Assembly: GCA_031364845.1 (NCBI GenBank)
Contig: JANLWX010000123.1
Span: forward strand, 1 to 28,639
Direction of reading: 5' to 3'
From: Candidatus Eiseniibacteriota bacterium
Lineage (GTDB): Bacteria > Eisenbacteria > RBG-16-71-46
Length of the DNA: 28,639 nucleotides
A program made the translations under genes and the position numbers. Of the stretch, positions 24,932 to 28,639 are shown one piece after another. Each line of letters begins with the position of its first letter. Positions within the stretch are counted from its first letter, which is position 1. The notes under the pieces were generated by a model. That model worked only from the letters and a program-made list of their open reading frames with translations, did no database searches and was not told the DNA's origin.

Positions 24932-27555
24932 TCGATGGTCAGCGCTTCGGGATCCATCCAGTAGCGCGCCTGGCCGGACTCGGGAAGATGAACGTTACGC
25001 TCCCATTGTGTGCGCAGCCACGAGTTGACGAGTCCCGAGAACGCTCCGGGATGCGGGCGGCGGTATTCGGCGAGGCCGATCTTCTCCGCGGGGACAATGC
25101 CGACGCGCCGGCGCGCCTCGGCGATCGCGGCATCGAGACCGCCGATCTCGTCGATCAATCCGTGCGCGAGCGCATCCTCGCCCATCCACACGCGGCCCTG
25201 CGCGACCGCGTCGACCTCGTCGAACGACATGCGGCGCGCCTTCGCCACCACGTCGACGAACGCGCGATAGTCGGTGTAGGTCGCGGAGTCGGCCGCCGCC
25301 TGCGCGCGCGCGTCCCAGTCGTGCCCGGTCGACCAGTGCTTCATGTAGTCGCCGCGATCGAAGTCGTCCTGCCGGATCCCGTGGCGCTTGAGCCAGCCTT
25401 CGAGCGAGTAACGCACCGACAGCACGCCGATCGAACCGGTGATGGTGAAGCGGTCGGCGAAGATGCGGTCACCCGCGATCGCGAGGTGGTATCCGCCGCT
25501 CGCGGCCGCGCGCGCCATCGAGACAATGAGCGGCTTCCTGGTCTCGCGCTTCATGCGCGCCGCGGTGTGATGCATGAGGTCCGAGGCCACGCTCGATCCC
25601 CCCGGGCTGTCGATGCGCAGGACGACCGCCTTCACTTCCGGATTGCGGAACGCCGCCTCGATCTGCTTCGAGATCGTTTCGTTGCCCATGAACGCGCCGG
25701 TGAACAGATCGTTGCCGCTGCGGCCGGCTTCGATTCCGCCGGTCGCGTAGACAACTGCGATCGGGCGCGGTGTGTGCCATTCGCGGCGCGGCTCGCGCAG
25801 CTTGCGCAGATCGACTCCGCGCGGCCGGTCGCCAAGATGCGCGAGCCGGCCGAGTATCCGCATCGCGTCTTCGCGATATCCGATGGAATCGACGACGCCG
25901 TGCTCCTGCAGTTCCTCCGCGCGCCACGGCCGGCCGTCGAGCACGACGCGCAGCGCGTCTTCGGTGAGATTCCGGTCGCGCGCGAACGCGGAGACGAACA
26001 GGTTCTGCGCGACATCGAGCCCGCGATCGATCGACTCGCGATCGGCGGCGGAGGTCGAGTCGACGCTGTAGTTGCGATACGCCGACTTGTACTTGCCGTA
26101 CGACGTGCGATCGACGCGCACGCCCCAGTCGGCGAGCGCCTTGCGGTAGTAGCGGCGCTCCGAGTGGAGGCCGAGCCCTGCCCAGAACGACTCCGGTGTG
26201 GTCACGATGCGATCGCACGCTCCGGCCAGGAACAGATCTCCGCGGCGCCCTCCGTACTCGATATAGGCGACGACCGGCTTGCCGGCCGCGCGCAGGGCCG
26301 CGATGCGCGGGCGCAATTCCTCGATCTGCGCCATGCCCGCGACGCCGGTCAGATGCAGCAGCACGCCGCGCGTGAGCGGATCCTCGAGCGCGCGCTCGAG
26401 CTGGCGGCGCACGGGTGCGGCCGCCCCGACCGTCTCGGTGCCGAAGATCGACACACTCGTGATGCCTTCGTCGCCGAGCGTGCCGCCCACGCGCATCACC
26501 GCGACGCGCTTCCGCTCGAAGGCGTCGAGCACGCTGTGCTCCTGGGCGCGATGGAACGTCGCGGTCACGGTGCCGGCCGCGTCGTCGCGAACGCGACCGC
26601 CGGGGCCGGTAATGGCGGAAGACTCGCGCGCGCCCGCGCCGAGCCGTTCGGCATCGCCGTGCACGCTCGAGCGCCGTCCGATCAGCGACAACCCCGCGCG
26701 CACACCGCCATGATCTTCGACCGCGCCGCGCACGATGAGTCCGGGCACCAGTTCGAATTCGGCGCCGATGCGGGTGCGCGCCGACTCCAGCTCGTCGTCC
26801 TCGCGCACGCGCACGTCGGCCGTCAGCGATAGCCGTGTGCCAAGCGTGTGTGCCCGGCCGGGCACGAGTGCCAGCGGGCGCAATCCAAGCCCAACTGTGA
26901 TCTCACGGTCGAGTCGCGTGCCGAGCAATCGCGGCTCGGTCGCGTGATCGAGCACCGCACCCAGCGAGAGCCAGCGCGTGGGTCGCGAGAGGGCTCCGAT
27001 CCGCAGATCGGTGGTGCGGTCCTCGCCGAGACCGAACCCGCGCTCGATCGCCGGACGCGTGCCGTCCGGGCCGCGCACCAGGCTCGCGGCGTAGGTGCTG
27101 ACGGTAAGCGACTGCAGCGCCACGCCGATGCGCAGTCCGGTCGTGCCACCGGACAGACTGGCGCCGTAGGACACGCGGCTGGCAGGAGGGTGGGCGACCA
27201 TGAATCCGAACGGACCGAGCGCCAGCGCGGATCGCTTCAGCGAACCGAGGAGCCGCGCCTCACGCGGATTGCGGGCGGGCACATCGGGCGCGGCGATCAC
27301 CGACAGCGCCAGCTCGGGCCCGCGCCGCAAACCGGCCGCCGCCGGGTTCGCGAAAAGTGCGGTGGCGTCGTCGGTTCCGGCCACGCTCGAGTTCGCGTGC
27401 GGCGGAAGCTCGAACGCGAACTGCGCGGAAGCGGGTTTCACGAGCGCACTCATCAGCAGGCACACCAGTGCGCACCGCCGCGCGACACGCGCGACCTCGG
27501 TGGTCCGCACGGTCCGCACGAGGCGTTCGGGCGCGAACACGCGTCCTGCGCTCAT
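24928..27555 (-). CDS. sppA: Signal peptide peptidase SppA (S49, long form) with extra N-terminal beta-rich domain
   Basis: GKYKSA (Lys), LRIDSPGGS, AASGGY (Ser), TITGSIGV, AQGRVWMG..A...GLIDEIGG. Start set at ATG 27555 (ATGA overlap with nth). Confidence 0.9.
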   Translation of the reverse strand: MSAGRVFAPERLVRTVRTTEVARVARRCALVCLLMSALVKPASAQFAFELPPHANSSVAGTDDATALFANPAAAGLRRGPELALSVIAAPDVPARNPREARLLGSLKRSALALGPFGFMVAHPPASRVSYGASLSGGTTGLRIGVALQSLTVSTYAASLVRGPDGTRPAIERGFGLGEDRTTDLRIGALSRPTRWLSLGAVLDHATEPRLLGTRLDREITVGLGLRPLALVPGRAHTLGTRLSLTADVRVREDDELESARTRIGAEFELVPGLIVRGAVEDHGGVRAGLSLIGRRSSVHGDAERLGAGARESSAITGPGGRVRDDAAGTVTATFHRAQEHSVLDAFERKRVAVMRVGGTLGDEGITSVSIFGTETVGAAAPVRRQLERALEDPLTRGVLLHLTGVAGMAQIEELRPRIAALRAAGKPVVAYIEYGGRRGDLFLAGACDRIVTTPESFWAGLGLHSERRYYRKALADWGVRVDRTSYGKYKSAYRNYSVDSTSAADRESIDRGLDVAQNLFVSAFARDRNLTEDALRVVLDGRPWRAEELQEHGVVDSIGYREDAMRILGRLAHLGDRPRGVDLRKLREPRREWHTPRPIAVVYATGGIEAGRSGNDLFTGAFMGNETISKQIEAAFRNPEVKAVVLRIDSPGGSSVASDLMHHTAARMKRETRKPLIVSMARAAASGGYHLAIAGDRIFADRFTITGSIGVLSVRYSLEGWLKRHGIRQDDFDRGDYMKHWSTGHDWDARAQAAADSATYTDYRAFVDVVAKARRMSFDEVDAVAQGRVWMGEDALAHGLIDEIGGLDAAIAEARRRVGIVPAEKIGLAEYRRPHPGAFSGLVNSWLRTQWERNVHLPESGQARYWMDPEALTIE

Positions 27556-28475
27556 TCCGAGATCGTGACGCCGAGGCGCGGACAATGCTGCAGCAACGGA
27601 CACACCGAACAACGAGGCTTGCGCGCGATGCACGTCGATCTCCCATGAAGGATCAGCCAGTGCGAGAACAACGTCCACCGCTCGCGGGGCACGATCTCCA
27701 TGAGCGCGAACTCGATCTTGACGGCGTCGGTTTCATCGGTGAGCCCAAGACGGTACGAAAGGCGGCTGACATGCGTGTCCACGACGAGACCCGGAATGCC
27801 GAACGCATTCCCGAGCACGACGTTCGCGGTCTTGCGTCCCACTCCGCGCAGGCGCGTGAGTTCCTCGAGCGTGCGCGGAACATTGCCGCCGTGTTTCGTC
27901 ATGATGTCGGAGCAGCACTCGCGGATGGCGCGCGCCTTGTTGCGGAAGAATCCGGTCGAGCGGATCACCGTCTCGAGTTCTTCCTGCGGCACCGCCGCGA
28001 GTGCCGCGGCGCCGGGATAGCGCTCGAACAATCCGGGCGTCACCATGTTCACACGCACGTCGGTGCACTGCGCCGACAGGATCGTCGCGATCAGCAGCTG
28101 CAGCGGCGTCTGAAAATCGAGCGCGCAGCGAGCGTCGGGATAGGTGCGCTCGAGAATCCCGCAGATCGCGGCGACACGCGCCGGCTCCGGAGCCACGAAG
28201 CGTGTGCGCGCGGTCGACTTCTTGGCGGCGCGCGCGGGGCGGCTCGGAGTGCTCGCGGTGGCAGGCCGCCGGCGCTTCACCGCGGCGGTGCCACGGGCGC
28301 GGGCCGGCTTCGTACGCCCTGGCGGCGTGAGCGTGCCCGAAGCATGTGAGCCCGCCGCCGGCGCGGATGTGGACCGCTTCGCTCGCTTGCGCGGCGATGC
28401 CGGCGCACGCAGAGCGCCGCGAGTACGTGCCGCAGGCGCAGCCTTGCGTCGCGAGCGGGGAGATTTCCGGGCCAT
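27552..28475 (-). CDS. nth: Endonuclease III with basic N-terminal extension
   Basis: LLIATILSAQCTD, GFFRNKA, HhH GVGRKTANVVL, VDTHV, [4Fe-4S] motif C-X6-C-X2-C-X5-C. Confidence 0.95.
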   Translation of the reverse strand: MARKSPRSRRKAAPAARTRGALRAPASPRKRAKRSTSAPAAGSHASGTLTPPGRTKPARARGTAAVKRRRPATASTPSRPARAAKKSTARTRFVAPEPARVAAICGILERTYPDARCALDFQTPLQLLIATILSAQCTDVRVNMVTPGLFERYPGAAALAAVPQEELETVIRSTGFFRNKARAIRECCSDIMTKHGGNVPRTLEELTRLRGVGRKTANVVLGNAFGIPGLVVDTHVSRLSYRLGLTDETDAVKIEFALMEIVPRERWTLFSHWLILHGRSTCIARKPRCSVCPLLQHCPRLGVTISE

Positions 28476-28483
28476 GGAGCAGC

Positions 28484-28512
28484 AGCCTAGCGAGGCTTCA
28501 CGTGCCTAGCAA
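28484..28512 (-). promoter_or_regulatory. Possible sigma70 promoter for (near-)leaderless nth
   Basis: Minus strand TTGCTA-N17-TAGGCT ending 8 nt before ATG 28475; no convincing SD. Confidence 0.45.
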
Positions 28513-28569
28513 GAAATCGGGCCGGCAATGGGCCGGCCCGAATTCTCTGATCCGCGCTCGCGCTAACGG

Positions 28570-28639
28570 CGGGCTTCAGAGAAGCCCGAGTGCAAGGCGC
28601 GAGGGAAGAGACGAGCGAGACGTGTCCGCAGGACACTTC
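28570..28639. repeat. Possible truncated palindromic intergenic repeat/MITE-like element
   Basis: Hairpins CGGGCTTC-AGA-GAAGCCCG and GTGTCC-GCA-GGACAC around TGCAAGGCGCGAG...GAGCGAGACG; non-coding; cut by the window end. Confidence 0.35.

Noticed and set aside
1..28639. CRISPR array, tRNA, rRNA, transposase or prophage genes
   Set aside because: None recognised by reading; no regularly spaced repeats seen.

Overview
High-GC bacterial window, possibly a whole contig, since both ends break inside repeat-like elements. The secreted proteins with an FlgD/T9SS-like C-terminal domain and a 'STWGQVKARWR' tail suggest an FCB-superphylum candidate lineage such as Eisenbacteria (inference). It opens in the 5' end of a class IIC group II intron (minus strand) inserted beside a hairpin. 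About 24 genes follow: DUF1326 protein, YpfJ metallopeptidase, a minus-strand SbcD/YhaO-SbcC/YhaN-deoD-aquaporin run, TlpA-like thioredoxin, a sigma54-preceded FAD/Rieske oxidoreductase-HK-RR-DUF5674 run, TonB receptor plus two secreted proteins, an RnfD-like/DUF2330 pair, and nth-sppA-membrane/TPR. The most striking unexplained feature is a self-contained ~170-nt transcription unit at 20241-20450. It has its own promoter, a 5' end able to pair over 17 nt with the 16S rRNA 3' tail, a 14-codon ORF whose stop lies in a hairpin loop, further hairpins and a terminator. Family calls come from motif recognition, not database searches.
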